Positions 26,650 to 40,828 are shown, counted from the stretch's first letter. The stretch: DNA of 64,000 nt from Eledone cirrhosa (GCA_964016885.1 OZ024755.1:25296001-25360000), one strand, 5' to 3'. The notes: generated by a model from the sequence alone, not told the origin. A program made the numbers and translations.

Positions 26650-27180
26650 ATCTTCTCTTCTTGAGTCATCCCTCCATCGAAAGTGAAGCATCCACAAAGT
26701 TATTGTTCCAAACTTCCCGATTTCTCACCGCAGCAAGATGATCCCATCTTGTGAGGCCACTGTCTGTCGCCAAGGGAGTCCTGACGGTTATGTTTGAACG
26801 TCCTACTCGGTGCTTTGCATCTGGTAACCACAGAAGCAGTTTCCCTACAAGTTCAACCATGATGAACAAGAGCGACACGAGGTGATCGAATTGTCGATGA
26901 AACTCGTAGCAGATCACCATGAAGAACGTTGTTGGTCGTGTGACATTGCCACGAAATGTTGAGTACCCTACGTAACATCTCCACATCAAATACAATTGGC
27001 AGCGAACACCGTACTTACAGCAACAATAAAACCTAAAAAAGAAGAACCTATTCTAGCATGCTGTGGCAACTGACCCTAACCTCGCTGACTGTATTGGCAA
27101 GCCATATCCTCTCGGTTCGACACTCTTCCTCCCAAGAAGCAGGGTTATATCACCTTTACCTCTGGCCTACCACCAGAGTT
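26650..27180 (-). mobile_element. RTE-like LINE 3' fragment
   Basis: GKLLLWLPDAKHRVGRSNITVR..DSGLTRWDHLAAVRNREVW resembles the RTE ORF C-terminus (W-P--R--GRP ... DR--W). Confidence 0.6.
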
Positions 27181-27224
27181 CTGGAAATTCCCGAAGATGA
27201 AGAAGGTTCTTCGGAAAATCTGCA

Positions 27225-27300
27225 AGTGTAACATCAATGGCGGAGCCCCAACATGGCCTCAGCCTGTCGGCCAGAACACGTAATAGAATATATAGAGTAA
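27225..27300 (+). mobile_element. SINE tail fragment (ccccarcatggcctcagc family)
   Basis: Related fragments at 51932-51995 (-), 34618-34661 (+), 7010-7048 (-). Confidence 0.55.
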
Positions 27301-27302
27301 TA

Positions 27303-27386
<84 letters not shown>

Positions 27387-27392
<6 letters not shown>

Positions 27393-27845
27393 ATTAAATA
27401 AATGGAAAACTATATTTATAAAACCATATTTATTTCATTATATATATTTCGGGGATATCATATTAACAATATGCTATGCCTTCATCAGACAAAATACAAT
27501 ATAAACAGTTTTATAGATAAATATATTCGACATACCGTAATAAACATCAACTTCATTTGAAGAGGTTCACTGCTAGAGTGAACCTCTTCAAATGAAGTTG
27601 ATGTTTATTACGGTATGTCGAATATATTTATCTATAAAACTGTTTATATTGTATTTTGTCTGATGAAGGCATAGCATATTGTTAATATGATATCCCCGAA
27701 ATATATATAATGAAATAAATATGGTTTTATAAATATAGTTTTCCATTTATTTAATATTGTAAATATACTCCAAGTATTTGTCGAGTGCTTTTATATCAGT
27801 TATAAATATTTACTAGTTGTAACCCAACAATTTTAAATATAACTT

Positions 27846-27849
<4 letters not shown>
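27387..27849 (+). mobile_element. Fold-back element: 185-bp-arm palindrome (27387-27761, loop gctag) + tail
   Basis: Arms exact by eye; tail tACTCcaagtatttgtcGAGTGCT; TA on both sides; same family as 15917-16070 and 29370-29609. Confidence 0.9.
27652..27717 (+). ncRNA. Minimal type-I hammerhead ribozyme (mirror copy on minus strand 27431-27496)
   Basis: tattttgt-CTGATGA-aGG-catag-CATATT-gtt-AATATG-atatc-CCc-GAAA-TATATA-TA-atgaaata. Confidence 0.75.
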
Positions 27850-27885
<36 letters not shown>

Positions 27886-28299
27886 CACACAGATATTTAC
27901 AATAGTTTGTTCATTCCAACACTAATCTACTCAGTGAACTGTTATATGGGAGTGGTAGAATGGTAGTTATTAGTATATTATCAGTGAAGTAAACTGAGGC
28001 AAGAGAAATTCCATTTATTGTACTCAGGAAAGCAACGTAGTAAAATAGTGCCGTAATTTCTACTGGTTCAACAGCAATGTAGTATCTGGTGCAGAAACTG
28101 AGAGAACCATCACAGAAATAGCATAAACATGTTGAACAGAAAACTAATAAAGGAATTTATACAGAGATCAGACAAAAGCTAGGATAAATGTCTATACTGC
28201 TTTTAATATCAGCATGGCTGTAATTGGACCTCCGTCTCCTCCGATGATGCGCATTGCAGTTGGAACAATGGAATAGCTTACTTGTAAAATTGGCTGTGC

Positions 28300-28530
28300 A
28301 TCAACAGAGGCCTCCATCCTTAATGTAGTTCTCAGGGAGATTCAGTCTGATATTGTATGTGATAAGGCTGGCTATTTGAATTACAAATACAACTTATCTT
28401 TGCCAATTAAATAGGATGGAGCAACGTTAGATAACGTTTCTTGCTCGAGGATACAACGGTTTGCCGGCAATCGAACCCATCACCCTACGATCGTGTTCCG
28501 AGGATTCTCAACACTGAGCCACACGCCATT
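28300..28530 (-). mobile_element. SINE S2, degenerate
   Basis: Minus strand atggcgtgtggctcagtg..ggttcgattgcc..gtatcctcgagcaagaaacg. Confidence 0.6.
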
Positions 28531-28878
28531 ACCATACCAGGAGAGTATGGACACAGTTATGGTTGAGTGATTAACCCGTCCTCTCCTTCGATCCCACAAG
28601 GCGACATCCTGGACAATTGTCTTTACCATAGCTTTGGATTGACCCAAGACATATAATTGAAATTGGGTAGAAGGAAACTGTGTTGAAGCTTGTCTGAAAT
28701 ATTGTACTTGCCACTGAAAGGCACATCTTACATTGTGTCAAGCTGACCCGACCTTGCAACTTACGGTAAAGATACAGGTGTCGTTAGAATATACAAACAC
28801 TTAGACCTTAATTTCCCGGGTTAAATTGAATGCTAATCGTTGAAATCAACGAATGATCTACCAACTTTAGCGACATAT

Positions 28879-29065
28879 TTGTTTCTACTTTTGGCACGAG
28901 ACCAGTAATTATCCCAGTGCATTACTGGTACTTTATTTTATCGACCCACAACGATGAAAGGCAAAGTTAACCACGCGGCGGGATTTGAACTCAGAACGTA
29001 AAGGGTCGTAATTCTTTGCTGCAAAGCATGGCGTCCGGTCCTCTACCGATTCTGGCTAATCAGCT
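28879..29065 (-). mobile_element. SINE S1
   Basis: B box, core and tail on minus strand. Confidence 0.88.
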
Positions 29066-29213
29066 AAATAATGTAATACGTTCATGAGTGAGGTTTGGGT
29101 TGGCGGTATTATCAATCATATGTGGAGGTGCGTGGCGCTGTGGTTAGGGTATTCGACTCACAATCGTAAGGTCATAAGTTCGATTTCTGGTGGTGCGCTG
29201 TGTCCTTCAGTAA

Positions 29214-29276
<63 letters not shown>

Positions 29277-29288
29277 GTGTGTGTGTGT

Positions 29289-29606
29289 GTGAATATCCAA
29301 CCTTATCGGTTGGATATTCACTGGATAGAATTCACTGACTATCCAGTGAATATCCAACCGATAAGGTATGATTTTCATGGGTATGTCTCTATTTATAAAA
29401 CAAACTTTGTATTTTATCTGATAAAAGCGTACCAATGTGTCTTGGTTCCCTTGAAATATATATAATAAAATAAATATGGTTTTATAAATAGAGTTTCCAT
29501 TTATTTAATATCATTGAATATTTACTCCCGTAACTTGTTGAGTGCTCTAAATCAGTTATAAACATTTATATTTGTCGGACTTCCAACAAAATAAATACCC
29601 CTTCTA

Positions 29607-29609
<3 letters not shown>
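29289..29609 (+). mobile_element. Hammerhead-family element with nested 5' hairpins and tail
   Basis: Hairpins 29289-29367; body homologous to 27600-27849; tail tACTCccgtaacttgttGAGTGCT. Confidence 0.8.
29410..29472 (+). ncRNA. Hammerhead ribozyme with core substitution (CTGATAA)
   Basis: tattttat-CTGATAA-AAG-cgt-ACCAA-tgtgtc-TTGGT-tcc-CTT-GAAA-TATATA-TA-ataaaata. Confidence 0.65.
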
Positions 29610-29647
<38 letters not shown>

Positions 29648-29737
29648 GATTTTTTCATTCTGAGGATTGAAAGCAACATTTTTTGCTTTTAAGAAACCAC
29701 TGGAAAATGGAATAATTGCCTTATGTTGATTATTACA

Positions 29738-29819
<82 letters not shown>

Positions 29820-30378
29820 TATATGTATATATATATAATGTTACCACTCACTTTAACTCTATCATACGGACTCACATCAAATAATCTATTAGGAATATAT
29901 ATTAGTCTAGGCAAGGCCCAATTGGGTAATTTTAATGTTCTCGTACTGCAAAATAAACAATACACACACAATAGTGAATGTGTCTTGAGTGTGTGTATAT
30001 GTCGTAGTATGCTAGTGTCTGTGTGTATGTGTTGTATGAATGTGCGTGTGTGTGAGTCTTGTGTTTATATTTCATAGAAGTATACTTTGAATGAATGAAA
30101 ACTGAGTAAAAGTATATTCTATAAAGTTACGAAAAAAAAAAAAAAAAAAAAAATGGAGGAACAGGTTTCATACAATCATTCAATTCACTATTTATTTATC
30201 TACTGGTTATTTATTTATTTTGTATTTTAAAATATTTATTTATATTTTAGAGCCAAACAACTAACGCAAGAGACTATTGTGACTGGATCTAATTTCAGAC
30301 CAATTTCTAATTCCCTCTCATGTTTATGTGTTTATATATATATATATATATATATTTGTTTATATATATATATATATA

Positions 30379-30413
<35 letters not shown>

Positions 30414-30518
30414 TTCTTTATATATATATATATATTTCTTTATATATATATATATATTTCTTTATATATATATATATTTATTTATATATATGTATATATA
30501 TATGTATATATATTTGTT

Positions 30519-30549
<31 letters not shown>

Positions 30550-30739
30550 TTGTTTATTTATATATATATGTATATATATATTTGTTTATATATACATATA
30601 TATGTATATATGTTTGTTTATATATATATATATATGTATATATATTTGTTTATATATATATATATATATGTATATATATTTGTTTATATATATATATGTA
30701 TATATATATTTGTTTATATATATATGTATATATATATAT

Positions 30740-30930
30740 ATAGGAACAAGAACGACCCCGACGGCAGAGCCCAAGCCGTTTCGACGGCTAATTCTGGAGT
30801 CCAGAATTAGCCGTCGATACGGCTTGAGCTCTGTCGTCGGGGTCTTACTTGTTCCTATTACCCACTCCTTAAGTATTGAGTACTTTGGTGCGTTATGGTC
30901 CACCTGGATCCTTACCACATTTCCTTCGTT
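30740..30930 (+). mobile_element. Family A1 fold-back element (hairpin 30740-30858)
   Basis: Centre tctgga-g-tccaga; tail ends ccttcgtt; inside (TA)n. Confidence 0.9.
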
Positions 30931-30934
30931 ATAT

Positions 30935-30966
<32 letters not shown>

Positions 30967-30995
30967 TATATGTATATATTTATGTATATATATTT

Positions 30996-31042
<47 letters not shown>

Positions 31043-31213
31043 TATAAATATATGTGTGAGTACGCATCTGAGTGTGTCTGTGTGAATTCTATAGATAGAC
31101 TTGTTGTTTGTTTAAGATGTATATTTCTTCTCCTAGAACTGAAAGGAAAACAAACTATTGGTATTATATATTCCCCCTCCTCGTCTCATTCTTCGACTAA
31201 GGCTTTGTCGTCA

Positions 31214-31272
<59 letters not shown>

Positions 31273-31444
31273 CCATATATACATACATATATATATATAT
31301 AAACATATATATATATAGCCATATATACATACATATATATATATATATAAACATATATATATATAGCCATATATACATACATATATATATATATATAAAC
31401 ATATATATATATAGCCATATATACATATATATATATAGCCATAT

Positions 31445-31481
<37 letters not shown>

Positions 31482-31507
31482 GCCATATATACATATATAT
31501 ATATATA

Positions 31508-31721
<214 letters not shown>

Positions 31722-31747
31722 GCCATATATATATATATATATATATA

Positions 31748-31894
<147 letters not shown>

Positions 31895-31913
31895 CCATAT
31901 ATATATATATATA

Positions 31914-31976
<63 letters not shown>

Positions 31977-31994
31977 ACATATATATATATATAC

Positions 31995-32198
31995 ATCATC
32001 ATCATCATCATCATCAACGTTTAACGTCCGTGTTCCACGCTTGCATGGGTTTGGACGGGGGTAGTCCCACTTGAGGCAAGAGTGATTGTCTTGCTCGCAT
32101 AGGACTGTCTGGCAGGTTTTCTACAGTTGGATGCCCTTCCTAACACCAACCACATTTACAGTGTGGGTCTGGGAGGTTTTTACCGTGTTGCCTACACG
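31995..32198 (-). mobile_element. SINE S3 3' part
   Basis: Reverse complement of 24169-24388. Confidence 0.8.
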
Positions 32199-32202
32199 AT
32201 AC

Positions 32203-32235
<33 letters not shown>

Positions 32236-32568
32236 CATATATATATACATATATATATATACTTATATATATATATATATACATATATATATACATATAT
32301 ATATATACATATATATATATACATACATATATTCATATATATATATATATACATACATATATTCATATATATATATAGACATACATATATACATATATAC
32401 ATATATACATATATATATGTACATATATATATACATATATATATATATACATACATATATTCATATATATATACATACATATATACATACATATATACAT
32501 ACATACATATATATACATATATATATATATGTATATTTTCATATATATATATATACATATATATATAC

Positions 32569-32599
<31 letters not shown>

Positions 32600-32654
32600 C
32601 ATATATACATATATATATAGAGATATTTACATATATATACATATATATATATAT

Positions 32655-32685
<31 letters not shown>

Positions 32686-33070
32686 CATATATATATACAT
32701 ATATATACATATATATATATATATATACATATATATATACATATATATATATACATACATATATTCATATATATATATATATACATACATATATTCATAT
32801 ATATATATAGACATACATATATACATATATACATATATATATGTACATATATATATACATATATATATATACATACATATATTCATATATATATACATAC
32901 ATATATACATACATATATACATACATATATATACATATATATATATATGTATATTTTCATATATATATATATACATATATATATACATATTTACATACAT
33001 ATATACATATATATATACATATATACATATATATATATACATATTTACATATATATACATATATATATAT

Positions 33071-33109
<39 letters not shown>

Positions 33110-33170
33110 TATATACATATATATACATATATATATATATATACATATATATATACATATATATATATAT

Positions 33171-33215
<45 letters not shown>

Positions 33216-33302
33216 TATACATATATATACATATATATATATATATATACATATATATATACATATATATATATACATATATATATATACATATATATAT
33301 AC

Positions 33303-33347
<45 letters not shown>

Positions 33348-33844
33348 TATATACATATATATATACATATATATATATATATACATATATATATACATAT
33401 ATATATCAGTATATATATATATATATATACTGATATATACATAGGGAGTGGTATAGCGAGTAAGATAATGTTTAATGCGCTTATATGTAAATTGTCCCCG
33501 CCATGTGTAACATATGTCTCACATATTTTCAAGACATATGTAGTGTGTTGAGACAGACGTGTACCCTGTTGACATCATATCACAGTTGTCATTGACACTC
33601 CACATGTCATATGTAGTATGGTTGTTGATGACTGACTAGTGTACTTTTGACATCATACTGCATTTCACATGTTATATGTAGTGTGGCTGTTGAGGGCAGA
33701 CGTGGGCCAAGATAAATGACTTTGTCATTAAGAAGTTCACTTCACAAACTGTTTCAATCACTCTATGGGGGAGTAGCTTAAATACATATATATACTTTAT
33801 ATTATACACATCAGTCTATTAAAATCTTGTAAGAATACATAGAT

Positions 33845-33919
<75 letters not shown>

Positions 33920-34411
33920 TGAGAATCGTATTTCGGCTATTGGAAATTAGCGAAAAACAACTTCCGAGATGTGTGGCAAGCGCTCAATAGATTCTAACGA
34001 ACCAGAGCTAAAACATACGTTAAAAGGCCAAACACACTGAGACGATGGTTAAACCATTATCCGCACAGCCATAGAAACGACCAAGTAATTCGGGTCAAAC
34101 AATAAAAAAAAATATGATTGAAAAATTTACCCGGACCCCTGGATGGTTGGTGAAAATCCAGCATTTGGGTTTCTGCGACTCCTAAATCAAGTACTGTCCG
34201 CTCACACAAATAATGTTAAGCTTTTGGTAAGATGATTGTACAAGGACGTCACTTTCTCAACAGGCTTTTAGTTCAAGTGCCAGGCCAAGGATTGATCGTT
34301 ATCAAAACCCCCGTGGGGCTCGACAAGGGAGGCAACCCTTATTTTTGGCGGATGAATTCAGTATGTGTATTATTATTGCAAAATTGCAAAATATCACAAA
34401 TATATATACAC

Positions 34412-34541
34412 ATGGGAAATGAGTCAGGACCCCGACGGCTGAGCTCCGGCCGTTTCGACAGCTATTTCTGAACTACCCATAGTATCGATCGAGTACTCTG
34501 GTGCGTTATGGTCCAGCTGGTTCCTTACCACACTTCCTTCG

Positions 34542-34543
<2 letters not shown>
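34412..34543 (+). mobile_element. Family A2 element, internally deleted
   Basis: gagtcaggaccccgacggctgagctccggccgtttcgacagcta..gagtactctggtgcgttatggtcc..ccttcgtt, then TA. Confidence 0.8.
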
Positions 34544-34619
<76 letters not shown>

Positions 34620-34829
34620 CAGCATGGCCTCAACCGGATGGCTGGATCAGGTAAAAGAGTATATATAACTCGAGCACGGGTATAGATTGAAGGTACCTAT
34701 TTACATGTGTTTCATTGAAACAAATAACTATGTGTCTACTTTGAGATTTTACATAACATTATCTATGGAGCACGCTGAGATGTAACCGGTACTAGCAGTG
34801 AAACCCATGCTAGTCACGTCAACTTATAT

Positions 34830-34925
34830 ATGGTAAGAGAAACAGGAGCCGGCAGCCAAAACGATGGGTTGCTCTTTGAAATCTGCTGTTGGTGATCGAA
34901 CTTTGTGGAGAGAGATATCACATGT
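34830..34925 (+). mobile_element. RTE-like LINE 3' fragment
   Basis: GKRNRSRQPKRW / KSAVGDRTLWREI across a frameshift. Confidence 0.5.
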
Positions 34926-34989
34926 TAATGCAGAGCCTGCAAATGGCGGAGTTTAGCGTCACAAGTTTATATATTTACAGATTGACTTT

Positions 34990-35292
<303 letters not shown>

Positions 35293-35406
35293 TATATATA
35301 TATTTATATATATATATATATATAGTAAAAAATTGAACGGGAACAAAACAGAGAGGCAGTACGAACAAAGGTTTATTGGTTTCATGCTCTTGAGATATAT
35401 ATATAT

Positions 35407-35462
<56 letters not shown>

Positions 35463-35999
35463 ATAGAGATGTCGTCTCTGTCTTACTGAGGCAGATTACA
35501 ATGTCTGTCGTCGTCTCCGAACAATAATTATGTGAACTCAAAGAGCGAGATGTGTAGAGGATACCTCTAACTCAAAAGCTAACTGGTTGCTAAAAGTAAA
35601 TTCTCAACAAATTCAACTGCTTTTCAACCACATTAACTTGATTTATATATTCGTAATATCTTTTCTTTTCCTTTCCCCCACTTACATGATATAGTACACC
35701 TTCTATACTCCTCTACTCCATACTTTAATAAATATTACCATATGCGTATTTCATACCACCACATAATACCATACTTCTGCTATAGCACACGAATACTAAC
35801 TAGCACATGTATGAATTATTTCCCTTTGTTATAATACGTTTTTCGTAAACTACCGTTTCAGCACGCATTCCTTTTAATGGTATCGTATAAACTTGTATAA
35901 ATGCCTGAAGTGTAGGTCACAAGGTTGATCAATCTTACTTGTGATATGGTCACTATTGGGCCTTGAGACCTTAGGTAGGGCTTTTGTATGACATAAATA

Positions 36000-36092
<93 letters not shown>

Positions 36093-36145
36093 GTACGTGT
36101 ATGTGTGTATATTTACACGTATGTATGTATGTATGTATGTATATG

Positions 36146-36177
<32 letters not shown>

Positions 36178-36269
36178 ATGTGTGTTTTGTCGGTGTGGAT
36201 TGGGAGAGTATTTTGACAATTATATATAGTGGGGTCGATATGTTCGACTAAATGTCTTTAAGCCAGTAC

Positions 36270-37335
36270 CCAAAAAACTCCTGGTGGCTTTCTAACGCCA
36301 TTAAGTCGGAAAACGACTCTTGGTAAGTCTGCCAACATCAAGTCAGAAAACGAGCCCTGGTAACTTTCTGACACCATTAAGTCGGGAACGAGCCCTTGTG
36401 ACCTTCTGACAATATCCAGTCGGGAAAGTGACTTTGTGATACCATCAAGTTGGGAAATGACTCCTGGTGACTTTCTGATACCATCAAGTCGTGAAATGCC
36501 TGGTGACCTTCTGACTCCATTAAGTTGGTGAACGAGCTCCATCAAGTTGGAAAAAGACTTCAGGTGACTTTCTGACACCATTACGTCGGGAAACTAGCCT
36601 TGGTGACCTTTTGACACTATCAAGTCGGGAAAGGAATCTTGGTGACTTTTTGACACTATCAAGTCGAGAAACGAATCTTGGTGACTTTCTGACACTATCA
36701 AGTCTGGAAAGGAATCTTGGTGACTTTCTGACACTATCAAGTCTGGAAAGGAATCTTGGTGACTTTCTGACACTATCAAGTCTGGAAAGGAATCTTGGTG
36801 ACTTTCTGACACTATCAAGTCGGGAAAGGAATCTTGGTGACTTTCTGACACTATCAAGTCTGGAAAGGAATCTTGGTGACTTTCTGACACTATCAAGTCG
36901 GGAAAGGAATCTTGGTGACTTTCTGACACTATCAAGTCTGGAAAGGAATCTTGGTGACTTTCTGACACTATCAAGTCGGGAAAGGAATCTTGGTGACTTT
37001 CTGACACTATCAAGTCTGGAAAGGAATCTTGGTGACTTTCTGACACTATCAAGTCGGGAAAGGAATCTTGGTGACTTTCTGACACTATCAAGTCGGGAAA
37101 GGAATCTTGGTGACTTTCTGACACTATCAAGTCGGGAAAGGAATCTTGGTGACTTTCTGACACTATCAAGTCGGGAAAGGAATCTTGGTGACTTTCTGAC
37201 ACTATCAAGTCGGGAAAGGAATCTTGGTGACTTTCTGACACTATCAAGTCTGGAAAGGAATCTTGGTGACTTTCTGACACTATCAAGTCTGGAAAGGAAT
37301 CTTGGTGACTTTCTGACACTATCAAGTCTGGAAAC
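36270..37335 (+). repeat. 39-bp minisatellite (gacactatcaagtcKggaaaggaatcttggtgactttct), ~18 homogeneous + ~8 diverged units
   Basis: 39-bp periodicity with no spacers. Confidence 0.97.
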
Positions 37336-37393
37336 AGATAAAGGGGATCCCACGTCTGTGCATCAATGTGTTGTGTAATAATCCTTCATAATT

Positions 37394-37432
<39 letters not shown>

Positions 37433-37434
<2 letters not shown>

Positions 37435-37525
37435 CTTTGCCTTTCATCCTTACGGGGTCGATAGAATAAAGTACCAGTAATGTACTTGGTAATTGCTGGC
37501 CTTGTGCCAAAAGTAGAAACAATTA
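37433..37525 (+). mobile_element. SINE S1, 5'-truncated
   Basis: Core and tail. Confidence 0.85.
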
Positions 37526-38506
37526 TTAAAATATATATATTGTTTGAATTTCTCTTCAAATTTCAATACAGTATTTGACTATTTTTTTCAATCATCATAA
37601 TCACATATATATATATCATTATCATACTATCATTACCAACTATCACCATACTATCATTACCATACTATCATTACCATAATATCATTACCATACTATCATT
37701 ACTATTAATATTATTATTATTGGCAAGAAAGAATCATTATTATCAATATTATTATTGGCATATGAAGAAAGTTTGTTTTGCAATGTTCCTTTACCACCGA
37801 AAAAAATAATAAAACAAAAAATATATATATTCAGGCATAGATATTACTATTATTATTATTATTCCCCTTTCTTCTTGTTTCCTCCCATAGCCGCTAGGTG
37901 CCGCTGAGAGTCGAATATTACATCACAGCAGCTGTGTTTTTTTTTAAAAAAACCTTCAGCAGGAAACAAATAAACGTTTCAACTCTTTGCATAAGATGGC
38001 GATGATGACGATGATGCTGATGATGATGATACCATCACATGATGCTCCTCCTACTACTACTGTCATTTATAAGCCAGCGCTACCAAATAATTCAGAGGGT
38101 TCGGGTTCGCTTCTCATTGCTTGTGGAATTATTTTTTTTTGTGTCAAATCATTTTTTTAATGGGTGTTTTATAAATTTTCTTTTTTTTTTTTCTTTTAAC
38201 TTTAAGTTTTCTTTCTTTTCTTTTAAAAATCATCTTTGGTTTGCTTGCTACTGTGTGGAATTGCTTCCGTTTGTGGTTTATATCTTTTGAGAAAAAAAAG
38301 TCTTTCGTCTGCAGTAAACTTACTTTATTATATTTTTAAATTATTACCTCTATTTCTGAATACCATTTTTCTTGTTGGTTTGGTAATTCTTCTGTGTCTG
38401 GTTTGTGTAGATATCTTCATTTCTTTGTCAAAATATATGTCTTTTTTAAGATATGTAATTCTTATTATTGTTATCATTATTATTATTATTATTATTATTG
38501 TGACAC

Positions 38507-38930
38507 TGGCGGTGGTTCAGCAGAATCGTTAGAGCCTCGGACGAAATCTTTAGTAGTGTTTGTTCCGGTTCTTTATTTTTGACTTCCAATCCCGCCAAGG
38601 TCAATTTACCATTCATTTCTTTAGGAATCGATAAAATAATTGTTTCTACTTTAGGCACAAGGCCAGCAATTACCCAGTGCATTACTGGTACTTTATTTTA
38701 TCGACCCCGTAAGGATGAAAGGCAAAGTCAACCTCGGTGGGATTTGAACTCAGATCGTAAAGGGACGTAACTATGCTGGAAAGAATGGCGTCCGACCCTC
38801 TACCGATACTGCCAATCCACCGCCTATAGGAATCGATAAAATAATAGTCCCTGTAATGTACTAGAGATGATACAATCAAATTTCCGCTCACCTCAAATTG
38901 CGCTGGCCTTCTGCTTCAATTAGAAAGATC
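38507..38930 (+). mobile_element. Older S1-related SINE interrupted by an inverted S1 copy
   Basis: Head 38507-38640; remainder resumes after 38826. Confidence 0.7.
38641..38826 (-). mobile_element. SINE S1, full length with 19-bp TSD
   Basis: taggaatcgataaaataat at 38622-38640 and 38827-38845. Confidence 0.93.
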
Positions 38931-39484
38931 TATTATTTATTTTCTCATTATTTTCACTGCGTTTCATTACACTCAATATATATATATATAATATATATAT
39001 ATAATATATATATATATATATAATATATATATATATAATATATATATAATATATATTTATTTATTTATTTAGTTATGTAATAAACAACATAAGATAATTA
39101 TTTCATTTACCAGTGGTTTTTTGAAGATTATATATATATGAAGCGTTGACAGAATTATGAAAGTATTTTAGCTTAAAGACTACAAGCTTCAACGGTGATT
39201 TTGTTTGTTCTATGAAAAATAGACCAACATGGTGGGCATATTAGCCCCGAGAGGCGGCAAAAAAACGGACAACATCGTCTATGGGACACGTCTATGCGCT
39301 AACATTACATCATAGCGAAGTTCTGACAAGTCTTCAGATAGTAGCCCACAGGGAATGCTGTCCACTTTTTTCCCGTCTCTAGGGTTTATATGTCCATCAT
39401 GTTCAACTAAATTACATTGTAAACAAAGCTTGCATAGTACCTGTTAACATTAAGCTACTATACATGTATAAATATATATATAAG

Positions 39485-39535
<51 letters not shown>

Positions 39536-39782
39536 TATAAATATGGTACCAGGAAAATAAATTTTATTTATTTTCTTCTATATATCATAATGTCATATAA
39601 GTAAAAAAAAATCTAATTTAGAGGAGCTTATAAATTTAGAAATATCTTAAATAAATACCCGTAGTGTAAGGTACTTGCGAAGTTTTTGTTATTTTAGATT
39701 ACTTTAATGCGATCTACCCATTGCTCAGTCCGCATTTTTATTTTATATATATGTATATATGTAGAGAGGGGGGGGGGTAGAA

Positions 39783-40010
39783 GGTTTAGTAAGTCCGAAG
39801 AAAACTGGTTAGAGTTCCAAAGTGAGAACTCGATGCAAGAGCAGAGTGAATATAATAAGAACACAGTGGATGGGTAACACTGGTCTGAGGATCAGGCAGA
39901 TTTGGAGTCTGGTCTGGAACGTCAACCCAGATCACGAACCAACTGTTTGTGAAACATCTGTAACCAGGATTTAGCAGTAAATCTCTCATGTAACATCTCC
40001 ACTTTGTTCT

Positions 40011-40017
<7 letters not shown>
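39783..40017 (-). mobile_element. Fold-back element with short terminal inverted repeat and ACTC/GAGT tail
   Basis: ataataagaacacagtgga (39852) / tccactttgttcttattat (39999); minus tail cACTCtgctcttgcatcGAGTTCT. Confidence 0.6.
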
Positions 40018-40052
<35 letters not shown>

Positions 40053-40055
<3 letters not shown>

Positions 40056-40450
40056 GGAGGTGAGTTTTATTGTAGTACAATAAAGCAATGCAGATATCGG
40101 ATAAGAAGCACTCTACAGTTTGTGGGACTGGAGTATGCATAATATAAGATCAAAAGATGGTTAAAGGAGTTCCATATATTTTATTATGCGCATTTCAAAA
40201 ACAAACATCATCAAGCAATAATATTTGTGTTTTCATCAGATAAAACAGGAGAACATGATATGAAGGCTAAAAAACACTTGTGGATAGTGCATGTTGATTT
40301 AAAACTGCACTATCCACAAGTGTTTTTTAGCCTTCATATCATGTTCTCCTGTTTTATCTGATGAAAACACAAATATTATTGCTTGATGATGTTTGTTTTT
40401 GAAATGCGCATAATAAAATATATGGAACTCCTTTAACCATCTTTTGATCT

Positions 40451-40458
<8 letters not shown>
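40053..40458 (-). mobile_element. Fold-back element: 153-bp-arm palindrome (40139-40458) + tail
   Basis: Loop 40292-40305; minus tail tACTCcagtcccacaaactgtaGAGTGCT; TA on both sides. Confidence 0.9.
40350..40420 (+). ncRNA. Minimal type-I hammerhead ribozyme (mirror copy on minus strand 40177-40247)
   Basis: tgttttat-CTGATGA-AAA-cacAAATATTATT-gct-TGATGATGTTTgt-tTTT-GAAA-TGCGCA-TA-ataaaata. Confidence 0.8.
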
Positions 40459-40500
<42 letters not shown>

Positions 40501-40643
40501 GGAAAAAATGAAACGAAATTTACAAACACACCGAGCATTATAATAAATGTTCGGTGAATCCATACGTACATATATATATATGTGTGCATGTATGTATATA
40601 TATATACATACTACTGTACGTCTGTATACATATATGTATGTAC

Positions 40644-40695
<52 letters not shown>

Positions 40696-40797
40696 TTGTG
40701 TGTGTGTGTATATATACATGTATATATATATATATACATATAATATATATATATATGTGTGTGTATATATATACAAGTGTATATATATATACATATA

Positions 40798-40828
<31 letters not shown>

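Noticed and set aside
32086-33551. Long YI/HI-repeat ORFs here and throughout the window
   Set aside because: (TA)n/(CA)n microsatellites lack stop codons.
36520-37378. 13-aa repeat proteins or CRISPR-like array
   Set aside because: Contiguous 39-bp units with no unique spacers; open on both strands; eukaryotic context.
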